Assembly: GCF_001194135.2 (NCBI RefSeq)
Contig: NC_068982.1
Location: forward strand, 92,705,034 to 92,769,033
DNA length: 64,000 nucleotides
Reading direction: 5' to 3'
Source: Octopus bimaculoides
Taxonomy: Eukaryota
Below, piece after piece: positions 24,749 to 37,170 of the stretch (position 1 is the stretch's first letter; each line of letters begins with the position of its first letter). Under the pieces are notes generated by a model, which was not told where the DNA came from, ran no database searches, and was given only the letters and a program-made list of their open reading frames with translations. The position numbers and the translations under genes are program-made.

Positions 24749-25214
24749 CTAACGGGAAATACTTTCAAAGATAGATTTATACAGCACATGGTATTGAGAA
24801 ATTGTCTAAAACGTAACTTAGTGTCAAATTTATCTGGAATTCTATTTTCTTTTAAGAAAATTCACTAGCATTGTATTTTTCTAAATAATTTAATCAAATA
24901 TTTAAAAGTTTAGTGCAGTGGTTAAGCTATCTTTATTTAATTTCCAAATTCGTACTTGATTGACCTGATTTTAATCATATAAATGCAGCTTTAACAAAGT
25001 AGAGAAATAAATTGAACCTGGAAGAGAATGGTGATTTACATCTAAAGTTCACTAATCTCCAACCAAATATCAGTACCCTTGTCAATGCACATCAAATACA
25101 TCCATCCTATTAATGATGTCATCGTTTCTTTATTGTTTATCAGGGGAAAGCGCAGTTGGCAGGTTTGTTAATTTATTATCATGCATTTGATCTTAGTATA
25201 TTATGTACAATGTT

Positions 25215-25625
25215 AGGGTGGCAAGTTGCCAGAATCGTTAACATTCCGGGCAAAATGCTTAGTGGTATTTCGTCTGTCTTTGTGTTCTGAGTTCAAATTC
25301 CGTCGATGTCGACTTTGCCTTTCATCCTTTCGGAGTCGATAAAATGAGTACCAGTTGAACACTGGAGTCGATTACATCGACTCATCCCTCCCCTGAAATT
25401 ACTGACCTTGTGTCAGAATTTGAAATCTATATTATATATGATGTTTTCTTTTCCAGATTGGTGGAATCGTTAAAGCGTTGGAAAATATTTGATCCAGCGC
25501 TTTGCGTTCTGAGTTCAAATCCCACCGAGGTACATTTAAATGTACCAGTCAAGTAATAATTCCATGGTGTCGACTTATTCCCCTCTTCTCCAAATTGCTG
25601 GCCTTGTGCCAAAATTTGAACTCAT
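25215..25625 (+). mobile_element. Two tandem tRNA-derived SINEs
   Basis: Two successive matches to the SINE consensus (GTTCTGAGTTCAAATTCC...GGCCTTGTGCCAAAATTTGAA). Confidence 0.8.
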
Positions 25626-25784
25626 TATTAACATGAATAACATTTCTATTTTTGTAAATGTCTGGAGTCGATGTAAAGAGAATGACGGGCGGGATCCTTG
25701 ACCTAGAAGAATGCGCTTCTAGAACATTCATAAGTTTTGTGAAATGAAACATCGTATACCACCCATTCGCGCGCGTGCGTACGG

Positions 25785-25827
<43 letters not shown>

Positions 25828-26521
25828 GGGAGATCGAGAAAGAGAGGGGGTGAGAGATATCGCACAAATCTATTTTTAATTGACACTTTATTATTTGAAG
25901 TACCAATTGGTACATCATTATCATTTTCCTTTTCACTCTCTCTTATGACACATTCTTTCCCTCATATAAACATAAACACACATGTATATACACGAGCGCA
26001 CATGTACATACACGATCATAACCACTCACTCACTGTCTCATTATCATATAACCTCGAACGAAATGCAATTTAAATAGATAATGGATAAAGTTGAATTTGA
26101 TAGAATTTTAGTTTCAGACAGAGCTCAGATCTAAATCATTAGCATTAATTATTAAAGTCCAGCGTTTTATCTAAACGACTATTTTTAATTCTTAAAAATA
26201 CATTTATTTCATATTTGTCTGCAATTCCTTGGATACAATCATGACCGTCACAACATTTCTCTGATTTTCTATATTGCAACTTGCACTTAAATAAGAAAGT
26301 AAACAAAGAACTCAACTCACAAAGCCTGTCTCATTAACAAAACTGATAATTTTCTTTGTTTTGTGATAAGACAAAAATTCGGTCACTCTTAACTGGTATT
26401 ACAAGCTGTTGGCAAAGAATATAACTGAGAGGGCGAGGGAAGTAGTGAAAGAGCAGAGGTAAAGGCCCTGCAAATATGGATGACTAGTAAGAGAGCAGCC
26501 TTGACTAATTTCGAGTATGTA

Positions 26522-26573
<52 letters not shown>

Positions 26574-27379
26574 CGTGTGTGGGTAGGTATGTACGTAAGA
26601 ATGTAACATTTGAGACTAAGAGATCCTTGAAACATCGTCCAGATATATTACTTAAAAAACAAAACAAAAAAAATGTTTATAAACAAACTGGTAGTTATAC
26701 ATACACACATACATAATACATACATACATACATACATACATACATACATACACTCCCCCACAGTTATTTTTTAATCATAGGATTTGAATAAAAACAGAAA
26801 ATAACGGTCAAATAAGTGGTGAAAATTTTTGGTTCTCCAAAATAGATACTGTTTAATATTGTACGTATGTATGCACACACGCACACACACTATATATGTA
26901 TATATATATATATATATATATNNNNNNNNNNNNNNNNNNNNNNNNNNNNNNNNNNNNNNNNNNNNNNNNNNNNNNNNNNNNNNNNNNNNNNNNNNNNNNN
27001 NNNNNNNNNNNNNNNNNNNNNNNNNNNNNNNNNNNNNNNNNNNNNNNNNNNNNNNNNNNNNNNNNNNNNNNNNNNNNNNNNNNNNNNNNNNNNNNNNNNN
27101 NNNNNNNNNNNNNNNNNNNNNNNNNNNNNNNNNNNNNNNNNNNNNNNNNNNNNNNNNNNNNNNNNNNNNNNNNNNNNNNNNNNNNNNNNNNNNNNNNNNN
27201 NNNNNNNNNNNNNNNNNNNNNNNNNNNNNNNNNNNNNNNNNNNNNNNNNNNNNNNNNNNNNNNNNNNNNNNNNNNNNNNNNNNNNNNNNNNNNNNNNNNN
27301 NNNNNNNNNNNNNNNNNNNNNNNNNNNNNNNNNNNNNNNNNNNNNNNNNNNNNNNNNNNNNNNNNNNNNNNNNNNNNNT

Positions 27380-27545
27380 TACCGAACCGCTAAGTTACGG
27401 AGACACAAACACACCAACACCGGTTGTCAAGCGGTGGTGGTGGGAGAGAGAGAGAGGGAGAGAGAGGGAGAGAGAGACACACACTCACATATTTTCTTTT
27501 TTTGCTTTTAGTTTTCGTCCGAGGACTCCGGCCATGCTGGGGCAC
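27380..27545 (-). mobile_element. SINE 3' portion (second family)
   Basis: CCGAACCGCTAAGTTACGG...CCGGTTGTCAAGCGGTGGTGG and GCCATGCTGGGGCACCGCC, shared with 36980-37170 and 45190-45410. Confidence 0.7.
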
Positions 27546-27659
27546 CGCCGTTTACTTTGCTACACTTTCACTAAACCTCCCCTGATATGTGACATTTGGT
27601 GGACGAGGGAGTTTGACGTTGCTGCCCTCATCTGTGTCTCTTGCCTAGAGGTAGGTTAC

Positions 27660-28360
27660 ATTGTGCCGACCTTCTTTGTGTAGCTTCACGGGATCGCCTC
27701 GAGTTCCGTCGTTAATTTTACACTGCTTGGTGAACACAGTTGGGAGCAATAATCCAGACGGCTGAGGACGAAAGCCTTCCAAAGGACCATCAGGGTTTCC
27801 TTTTCTCTCGTTTTGAAAGCTTGAAGGATCCATCCAACGAAGCGTCTGCATGTAATTGCCAAATTGATAATATGCACCTGGAAAGACGCATTATTACTTA
27901 CGTCGATACCCAGGTCACGCACTAATTTTGATTCAGGGATTGCAATCCCTCCTGGGGCCAGTGTATCCTATCTACTTTTCATTGAGCTTTATGTGTTGGT
28001 AATGCAGGTTTTGGAATTTTCCAACATTAAACATTATTTTCCTCGGCCCACTGGCATATTGCGTCCAACTGACGTTGTAGATACGCAAAGTCTCCAGGGT
28101 TATGTGTTGGTAATGCAGGAAATAGCAGATAGCTTAATACAGGTTTCGGGCTCTGAATTAAACATTCTTATCCCATCTTCAGTTAAGCTTACCGCGAGAG
28201 AAGTCAAATTTAAACATATTCCCCTCACCATGTTGATTCTCTGCGACCTTCGCAAAGGTAGGAGCCTAATTTTTATTCCTTGCCTGATTTTCACCACGCT
28301 TGTTCGTAAAGTGAGCTCTCTGTGTCTTCCGAAGTCATTTGACGTCTATCTCTAGCAAAG
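27660..28360 (-). mobile_element. CR1/L2-clade LINE RT C-terminus (decayed)
   Basis: RDLGIDVSNNASFQVHI...GWILQAFKTREKETLMVLWKAFVLSRLDYCSQL. Strand is taken from the ORF track; an internal duplicated TTATGTGTTGGTAATGCAGG suggests rearrangement. Confidence 0.75.
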
Positions 28361-28699
28361 CTGGTACTCTTCCAGTACCATCATATTATATATATATATA
28401 TTTCAGTTGATCGCTCGATCAATTGATAAGATTGGACCTTGAACGCAAACAAACATGTATTCGAAGCAACCTATAATAAATAAATAAATGTATAAACCCA
28501 TTATTTCTGTTTATTTTATGTATCGCTCTCTAGAAACATACCATCTTAACTGGGTAACAGAACCATGGATTTACAAATTTGACGTGTGATGGACTTTGAT
28601 TTCCGATTACCTGGAGTACAACAACGATCACAAGACGTTTTTGTTAGTCTGGTCTATTTATCTACAGAGATTACTAATCCGTTATCAATACCTCTTCGT

Positions 28700-28755
28700 T
28701 TTGATGTGTATGTGTGTGTGTGTGTGTGTATGCGTGCGTGCGTGTGCCAGTGCGA

Positions 28756-28791
<36 letters not shown>

Positions 28792-28793
28792 CA

Positions 28794-28886
<93 letters not shown>
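28700..28886. repeat. Compound (GT)n/(GCAC)n/(CA)n microsatellite
   Basis: Directly visible. Confidence 0.95.
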
Positions 28887-28888
<2 letters not shown>

Positions 28889-29249
28889 GTAGAGGTGATT
28901 CGGCATTGGCTTGATGCCAAAAATGAAGAAACACTTTGTTAAACTTAATTTACTTGAAGTTTTATTGAATGCTTTCTATTCGAAGTTACATTTGCACGTT
29001 ATTGTATTAGAAATGCATATCTAAAGTTGAATTTTTAATGTGTGAAACTTTTGAGACAATGTCTATTGATTATTTTAATTATATGGCTTCAGAAAACATC
29101 ATCTTTAGTGGGGGTTTTTATATATATTTTCTAACAATTCTATAATTCTTACAATTTCAACACACAAAATAAGTAATTCGAATAGGAATAAGTTTTATTC
29201 AGTAAGGGCTCACAAGGGTAGACAACATATTTTGCTTTGCAGCTTGGCC

Positions 29250-29460
29250 CTCTGGTGAAAAGATATCAGTTTGGCCCAATACATGAACATACAAAATAGA
29301 ACAGAGCATGAGAGAAACATCAGCAACCGTGAGGGATTGTCGCTGAGACTTGTTGATGGCCATAGAAAAAGATAATGCAACTGGAAACTGAAGGCGCTTG
29401 AACTGAAATGGCATATCTGATAGAGTGAGGGGAATGTGTGGAATGAAAAAAATCTACTCT
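29250..29460 (-). mobile_element. Helitron PIF1 helicase fragment
   Basis: SDMPFQFKRLQFPVALSFSMAINKSQRQSL. Confidence 0.82.
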
Positions 29461-29857
29461 CGCGGTACAACTCATCGTGATGGTGGTTTCGATTACACAG
29501 AGCAGACTGTTACAGAATCATGCATCCAAATTTCGTAGTATTATAATTAGAGATCCTACTTTCAGTTAAAGATTGTGAAAAAGGACAATAGTGGGCTGGA
29601 GAGAAACCTTTTTTGAATAGTTAGCAGCATCTGTAACGTCACAACTTTGAAAACTAGTCATGGGCAAACTGCGTTCTTTGGGGCTTTCTCTTTGGCACGG
29701 CTAACGGAAAATTATCTTTAATTCTTTAGTAGTGCGGTCCGTCTGACGATGAGCCATGTCTCACGCAGCCCGTATCTCGAAAAAGGCTGCCATACCTGGT
29801 ATAAACTGTTTAATTAATATATTAAATTATAAATATGCATTCATGTAAATGTATGCG

Positions 29858-29928
<71 letters not shown>

Positions 29929-29955
29929 GAATGTATACGTGTGTGAGAGAGAGAA

Positions 29956-29994
<39 letters not shown>

Positions 29995-30681
29995 TAGATA
30001 GATAGATAGAGAGAAATAGAGAGAGGAAGTGTGAAAGAAAAAGAGAGATGTTAAACAAAAATCGAGGAACAAAGAAAAGATTATGGCGTGCGAAACTGAC
30101 ACTATTTCTATACTTGACACTTTTATTTTACTTCTGTATTACGACTCTCAGTATATCTGTTTCACCTTTCTTGCCTCATCCCTGTTTTATTCCAAGGAGA
30201 CCTCACAGCCAGATTGTTTTGGGGTTACACATTATTCTAGGGTGTGCCTGAAACTTTCCGATAAAACTTGGTATTGATTTGTAGAAAAATAGCAGTGTTT
30301 CAAGGTAGACAAACATCGACGATTATAAATATGGATATTCTTATCATGTGTGTGTGTGTGTGCATACATACATACGTACGTACGTATGTATATACGTTTG
30401 TATATATAAACGTATTTACATACATAGATACATAGGCACAAGCGTATATATATATAAGAAAGTTAGGGGTTGTGAATCCAACCCACTAAGGAATAATATC
30501 TATCCAATATACTGTCACTATATGTCATTTTTATAATTTCTGATATGACATAATATGTCACATGTGTTTGTATATTGTTATTATTGTCCTTTTAGTAAAC
30601 AAATAGTCAAGTAAACTGACATAATGCAATGTCTGCAAGTTGATGAATACCACCTATTAATCCCCTCCATTTTCTTATTGC

Positions 30682-30727
<46 letters not shown>

Positions 30728-31263
30728 CATTAATTACTTCTACTTCTCCTTTTTCATTCACCTTACTCTTATTAAATACTCTAAGTGACCTGAGATATTC
30801 GTCCTGCCTTGGTTTTGTTGTGTATTTTCCTTTAATATATATATATNNNNNNNNNNNNNNNNNNNNNNNNNNNNNNNNNNNNNNNNNNNNNNNNNNNNNN
30901 NNNNNNNNNNNNNNNNNNNNNNNNNNNNNNNNNNNNNNNNNNNNNNNNNNNNNNNNNNNNNNNNNNNNNNNNNNNNNNNNNNNNNNNNNNNNNNNNNNNN
31001 NNNNNNNNNNNNNNNNNNNNNNNNNNNNNNNNNNNNNNNNNNNNNNNNNNNNNNNNNNNNNNNNNNNNNNNNNNNNNNNNNNNNNNNNNNNNNNNNNNNN
31101 NNNNNNNNNNNNNNNNNNNNNNNNNNNNNNNNNNNNNNNNNNNNNNNNNNNNNNNNNNNNNNNNNNNNNNNNNNNNNNNNNNNNNNNNNNNNNNNNNNNN
31201 NNNNNNTGCAATGTCTGCAAGTTGATGAATACCACCTATTAATCCCCTCCATTTTCTTATTGC

Positions 31264-31311
<48 letters not shown>

Positions 31312-31313
31312 CT

Positions 31314-31658
31314 TTCGTCAACATAGACATTTTTTCGGCCATCTTGGAAACAACTGAATCACTCGTACACTTGTGTGCGGCTCATATACTCCTCTCCATA
31401 CACTTTCTGCAACTTTGCGTTGGCCTCTGAGCAGGTATCGTATTGACAACTTTCTCTGTCATGGTCAATGCGACGATCACACGCTACACAAGCACTGCCT
31501 TCGAAGCAGTGCTGTAAACAGCGGAAATGAGCTAGAACGTTAAAACTTAAAGTGCATGCACAGCAGAGTTCAAGGTCAATCTTTGCCGAGCGGCTTCACT
31601 CTGCATGCTTTAGCTTCGTTACTATAGCAACAGTTCGGATACTTATTGATCAGACATC

Positions 31659-31661
<3 letters not shown>
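31314..31661 (-). mobile_element. Mariner (Tc1/mariner) left end: TIR and start of transposase HTH
   Basis: TIR-like TATGATGTCTGATCAATAAGTATCCGAACTG next to (TA)n. Peptide SEANAKLQKVYGEE-MSRTQVYE*FSCFQDGRKNV resembles the Mos1-type HTH. Confidence 0.72.
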
Positions 31662-31690
<29 letters not shown>

Positions 31691-32034
31691 NNNNNNNNNN
31701 NNNNNNNNNNNNNNNNNNNNNNNNNNNNNNNNNNNNNNNNNNNNNNNNNNNNNNNNNNNNNNNNNNNNNNNNNNNNNNNNNNNNNNNNNNNNNNNNNNNN
31801 NNNNNNNNNNNNNNNNNNNNNNNNNNNNNNNNNNNNNNNNNNNNNNNNNNNNNNNNNNNNNNNNNNNNNNNNNNNNNNNNNNNNNNNNNNNNNNNNNNNN
31901 NNNNNNNNNNNNNNNNNNNNNNNNNNNNNNNNNNNNNNNNNNNNNNNNNNNNNNNNNNNNNNNNNNNNNNNNNNNNNNNNNNNNNNNNNNNNNNNNNNNN
32001 NNNNNNNNNNNNNNNNNNNNNNNNNNNNNNNNNN

Positions 32035-32560
32035 TTCAGTAATTTGTCTAAGTGCTGCATCACTGCTATGTGTAGATAAGATTTTAATTTCTATGTTGTT
32101 GATTGAGCCTCTATGTTCTTGCTCAGCGTGCTGGTACAGAACTGATGAGTTCTTCCCTTCCTTAAGTTCCCTCCAATGTTCGTTTGCCCGCTCCCCTATG
32201 TTCCTTGCTGTTTCGCCTACATATGTCATTGTCTTATTTCTGCATCGTCCCTCTGTACATCTTATACTATAGACCACATTTCTGGTTTTGCAGTTCGTTT
32301 GTGGGCTAAATCTACATACGATACAGTTCCTATCAGTGCAGGGGGTTCTACTGAAAGGGTATGTTCTACTGATAAGGGATTTAATAGGGTTGCCTGGCCT
32401 TTCAACAACCTTAATTCTTAGCATTATGTGTATTCAACAACCTTAATTCTTAGCATTATGTGTATTGTTTAAAAATTTTGATCAGCTGATCTTATTGGAG
32501 TTATCATCCTTGCTTGAAAGTTTTAGATTTTTTTCACTCCTAGAGGGTACTAGTTGTTTG
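32035..32560 (-). mobile_element. Penelope-like element (Neptune-like), GIY-YIG endonuclease region
   Basis: PCTDRNCIVC...CKTRNVVYSIRC...YVGETARNIGERANEH...LYQHAEQEH...LRQITE: VVY/YVG triplets with the R, H, H and E residues. Truncated by a gap. Confidence 0.88.
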
Positions 32561-34246
32561 AATAATTTCAATTGATCGCACTTTTTCAACACACAGTATA
32601 CGTGTTACTCTATACCGTATTACTATATATAACCTAGAACGAATTACAATTTTATCACTGATACAATATTACACATTTGCAGGCAATTTGCAATGATAAC
32701 GTCGAATTTGTTAAAATATTAATTTCGTACTGAGTAGATTGAATCCATATATTCTTCAGTATTTATGTTGCTCAGCACTGTATCCAAGCAAGAATTTTGT
32801 AGTCTTCAAAAACTGTACCACACTACACTGAGTCATCTCCTGTTTGTCAGTAATGTCTTTAAAACGAGCATGAACGTAACAACATCTGTTTCTTCTCTGT
32901 TTGACATGTACTCCGAGGAAAGAATATACAGTAAAAACAAAATCCCCTTAGAGAGACATAATAAATAAACTAATTTTCCTTTGTGTTAAGGCGAGAAGAA
33001 TTCGGACAAATGTAAACTGATAATAAAAGCGGTTGTGGGCGTACTTTAAACATTTTGGAATAAAAGTGAATTGTGCTAGAAGGGTAAGTAAAATAGTGAA
33101 TCGGTGACTGGCCCTGTAATATGGATGGAAATTAACCATCAGCCTTGACTTCATTTTTTCGTGCATGTGTGTGTAGGTATGTATAAGTGCATTAACTTAT
33201 GTGTGTGTTTATAGTCGTGGAAGAGCTGAATTGTGTTGAGAAGGGAAAAAGAAAGAGCTCGACGGCCTTGTAATGTGGATAGATAGCAACTGATAAGCCT
33301 TGACTTCTTTTATTCTGTGCATATATGTAGGTATGAATGCATACGTCACGTATTTATTTCTGTGTATGTGTCTGTAGTTATGTAAGTATGCTCGTATAAA
33401 CTTTGAACTTTTGGGTAAACTGCTTTTTGAGACACACCCAAATATAATATTCTTTGTTAAAGTACTTTTATAAATATCTGTTCTTAATGTTCATAATGTG
33501 TTCAAAATCAAGATTTGAGTGAACAGAATAACTGTCAAATGGGTTCTCTTATAAATACTGTTTGGCATGCATGTTTTGTTTCTCTTTTATATTTATTAAT
33601 ATTCTTTCTAGAAATAAAGAGCTGGTTTCTATCAAGGAAACAAAACCTCCATTATTTGGAGTTTAGATAAGAGTAACAAAAACTGTTACATATTGAACTT
33701 TAAGAAGGCCTTGCGTATTTTTACTGTTCCACATATCGATTGCATGTATTGTAAAGTTCGTGTTAGTCAGTCTCTTTCTTTACTTGAAAATTCTAGTGTC
33801 TCCAGACTGTGACTTTGACATTTTCTAGCATAAATGATTATTAGTATAAATGGAAATTTATAATCAGAGTAGAGGACTTCCTCGACAGAAGAATGACATG
33901 ATCGACACTTGTAATTGACATGATCGACAACAATGTAGCCTTCATTTAACTAAGGTATCTTCACCTGATGAGCAGTTAGTGGAGTACTCCTCATTGCGTA
34001 ATTATTACTTCCGAGGTTCTGCTAGCTCGGGAACATATGTAGCTTAGATTTTACCTGCTCCATTCCTTTAATTTGGATTTTTATTCGCATCCATAGCAAC
34101 CCTATTTGCTAATTGTGAACTATAAAAAAACGTTTTTCAGCTTATCGAACTTCGATATGGGAAAAACCTTCTACGCCAATAAACCATTATTGTTCCTGAA
34201 AGTTGTTTTTTTTATACAGTTACATGCCATTATATATATATATATA

Positions 34247-34557
34247 TGGCGGCACTCCGTCGCTTACGACGTCGAGAATTCCAGTTGATCCGATCAACGG
34301 AACAGCCTGCTCATGAAATTAACGTGCAAGTGGCTGAGCACTCCACAGACACGTGTACTCTTAACGTAGTTCTTGGGGATACTCAGCGTGACAGAGTGTG
34401 ACAAGGGTGACCTTTTGAATTACAGGCACAACAGGAACAGGAAGTAAGATTGAGAGAAAGTTGTGGTGAAAGAGTACAGCAGGGTTCGCCACAACCCCCT
34501 CGTGGAGCTTTAGGTGTTTTCGCTCAATAAACACTCACAACGCCCGGTCTGGGAATC
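34247..34557 (-). mobile_element. SINE (third family, tRNA-like head running into the gap)
   Basis: Reverse strand GATTCCCAGACCGGGCGTTGTGAGTG...; ends at (TA)n. Confidence 0.55.
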
Positions 34558-35059
34558 NNNNNNNNNNNNNNNNNNNNNNNNNNNNNNNNNNNNNNNNNNN
34601 NNNNNNNNNNNNNNNNNNNNNNNNNNNNNNNNNNNNNNNNNNNNNNNNNNNNNNNNNNNNNNNNNNNNNNNNNNNNNNNNNNNNNNNNNNNNNNNNNNNN
34701 NNNNNNNNNNNNNNNNNNNNNNNNNNNNNNNNNNNNNNNNNNNNNNNNNNNNNNNNNNNNNNNNNNNNNNNNNNNNNNNNNNNNNNNNNNNNNNNNNNNN
34801 NNNNNNNNNNNNNNNNNNNNNNNNNNNNNNNNNNNNNNNNNNNNNNNNNNNNNNNNNNNNNNNNNNNNNNNNNNNNNNNNNNNNNNNNNNNNNNNNNNNN
34901 NNNNNNNNNNNNNNNNNNNNNNNNNNNNNNNNNNNNNNNNNNNNNNNNNNNNNNNNNNNNNNNNNNNNNNNNNNNNNNNNNNNNNNNATATTGGCAGTAG
35001 CTAATAAACCTTTCTATTATAGGCACAAGGCCTGGTTTTTGAGGGAAGGAGCAAGTCAA

Positions 35060-35387
35060 TTAGGGTTAGGGTTAGGGTTAGGGTTAGGGAAAACGAACAT
35101 ATGTGTGTTGCCTCTCTGCAAAATGTCAGAAGTAATGGAGATTAAATACGCTTTACACCGCTTAAACTGCCAAAGGAGTAAGTGTAAACAACTGAATACT
35201 TGTCAGTGATTGGTTGAAATTATCGAAATAAGACAATTTTTTTACATGAAATAAATTCGAATACAAAAATTTTTTTCTGTTCTATAACACAAAATAGATA
35301 AGTATACGAAGTTTGAAAGTCTTTCGGTACCAAAAACACTACATAAAACATAAATGAAAACTGGTGCCCCCGTTTTGAACAAGATCC
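35060..35387 (+). mobile_element. Telomere-repeat MITE, right arm only, starting at (TTAGGG)5
   Basis: Matches 41714-42029 and ends GGTGCCCCCGTTTTGAACAAGATCC. Confidence 0.85.
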
Positions 35388-35399
35388 TAGACGTGTGTA

Positions 35400-35525
35400 C
35401 ACATATAGACGTGTGTACACACACACACACATGCATGTGTGTGTGTAGGTAAATGGGTATGTAAGTAAACTGATTGACAAATAGATAGATAGGTACATAG
35501 GTTATACGGACAGACAAGCACACAC

Positions 35526-35557
<32 letters not shown>

Positions 35558-36000
35558 ACACAAATGAAGACTGAAACGCATGACCATATACATACACTCA
35601 CACTTCACACATGCAAGGACACATATTGAGACACACATCCATTCATAACAGACACACGTACATAGTCACACAAACTTATATACACAAACTCACTCAAACA
35701 AGCATACTCAAGGAAACAGAAGTACAAACACAAATACACACGCACACACACACATATACAAACACAAACATGAACACACAAACACATGAATATGCAGAAT
35801 GCATACATACATACATACATACATACATACATACATACATACATACATACAAACGTACATACACGCATACATATATATATATGTATACATACACACATGC
35901 ATACACATACATATATATATGGATACATACATGTGTATACACATGTACACTGACGCACACACATGCCTACAAACAAACAAACAAACAAACAAATAAAAGA
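35400..36000. repeat. Low-complexity CA/CATA/CAAA microsatellite field
   Basis: Directly visible. Confidence 0.9.
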
Positions 36001-36069
36001 ACGCATCTGTGATAACAGACTGAGTCAACGACTAATGAAGGGGTTGCAAGAAAACTAGAAAAAATAAAT

Positions 36070-36740
36070 AACTAAATGAATGGAAATCGAACCGGTGAGT
36101 GTGTTAAATAATAAGGCACTAAAAGAGAATGACTCTCCCCAGACACCTCCAACAACAACAATGTCGGTGGCAACAGCAGCAACAACAACAACATTAGCAG
36201 GTACAACACCGACAACATACGCCCACGGAGATACATTGGATGTTCCGAGAACTCTTTCAAGCAACGTCTCTCCAACCACATGTTCTCCTTGAGAGTTCCG
36301 GAAAGGAGATACGTAACATCACTGGCCAGACCCGTTTGGCAACTAAGAGACGATGGGATTCCATACTTAATCTCATGGAAAATCCTCCAGAACCCATGCC
36401 CCTACATCAACGGGATGAAGCGTTGCAAGTTATGCATAGCTGAACGCGCGAGAATCCTAAAAGACTCACTCGAACCAGGGAACATCCTTAACTCTAGCGC
36501 GGAAATTTTCGGGCCGTGTTTACATTTCAGGAGGTTCCTGCTCGCCTTCTAGAGCCCGCAAGATGGCGGCACAACCGGAAGTCGATAGTCATTAGCAAAA
36601 GGAGATAATCCACAATTGTTACCTTTGAGTAGTGAGGCATTTCCCCCTCCATATTTTTAAGAGCTCATGGGCCAACAGGTTTTTAGAATCTGACGATATA
36701 CCATAAAGCTAAACCCTTTATGGACGGGAAACCTAGGGTA
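36070..36740 (+). mobile_element. Penelope-like element of Naiad type: GIY-YIG endonuclease plus 3' pLTR region
   Basis: Frame from 36133 reads ...RRYIGCSENSFKQRLSNHMFSL...TSLARPVWQLRD...ISWKIL...KRCKLCIAER...ILNSSAEIFGPCLH*. This is the YIG..E..FK.R..NH / CxLC..E / N..E..CxH pattern. A hammerhead motif follows downstream. Confidence 0.85.
36681..36740 (+). ncRNA. Type I minimal hammerhead ribozyme (3' strand of stem I in the N gap)
   Basis: CTGACGA 36690-36696; stem II CCATAAAG/CTTTATGG with loop CTAAACC; GAAA 36728-36731; short stem III ACC-TAG-GGT; GTA triplet 36738-36740. Confidence 0.6.
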
Positions 36741-36760
36741 NNNNNNNNNNNNNNNNNNNN

Positions 36761-36805
<45 letters not shown>

Positions 36806-36807
36806 AT

Positions 36808-37170
36808 ATGCGCAGGCGTGGCTATGTGTTAAGAAGTTTGTTTCCGAACCACTGTGTCACACCTTGGGCAAGTGTCTTCTACTTTAACCTCGGGCCGACC
36901 AAAGCCTTGTGAGTGGATTTAGGAGACGGAAACTGGCAGAAGCCCGTCGTATACATACATATATCTATATGTGTCTGTGTTTGTCCCCCACCGCCGCTTG
37001 ACAACCGGTGTCGGTGTGTCTCCGTAACATAACGGTTCGGCAAAAGAGAACGATAAAAAGTACAAGGTTTAAAAAAATAGGTACTGAGGTCGATTCGCCC
37101 AACTAAAATGCCTCAAGGTCGTGCCCCATCATGGCCGCAATCTAATGACTGAAACAAGTAAAAGGTGAGT
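36808..37170 (+). mobile_element. Composite octopus SINE(s)
   Basis: GCGCAGGCGTGGCTATGTG head, CACCTTGGGCAAGTGTCTTCTAC, GGAAACTGGCAGAAGCCCGTCG, then the CCGCTTGACAACCGG...GAAACAAGTAAAAG module. Confidence 0.75.

Noticed and set aside
30625-31308. ~100-bp direct duplication on both sides of a gap
   Set aside because: Typical unmerged contig overlap next to a (GT)n repeat.
33961-34010. CTGATGA-GCAGT...ATTGC-GTAA hammerhead-like motif
   Set aside because: The core has GTAA instead of GAAA and no stem I/III pairing; at best a dead remnant.
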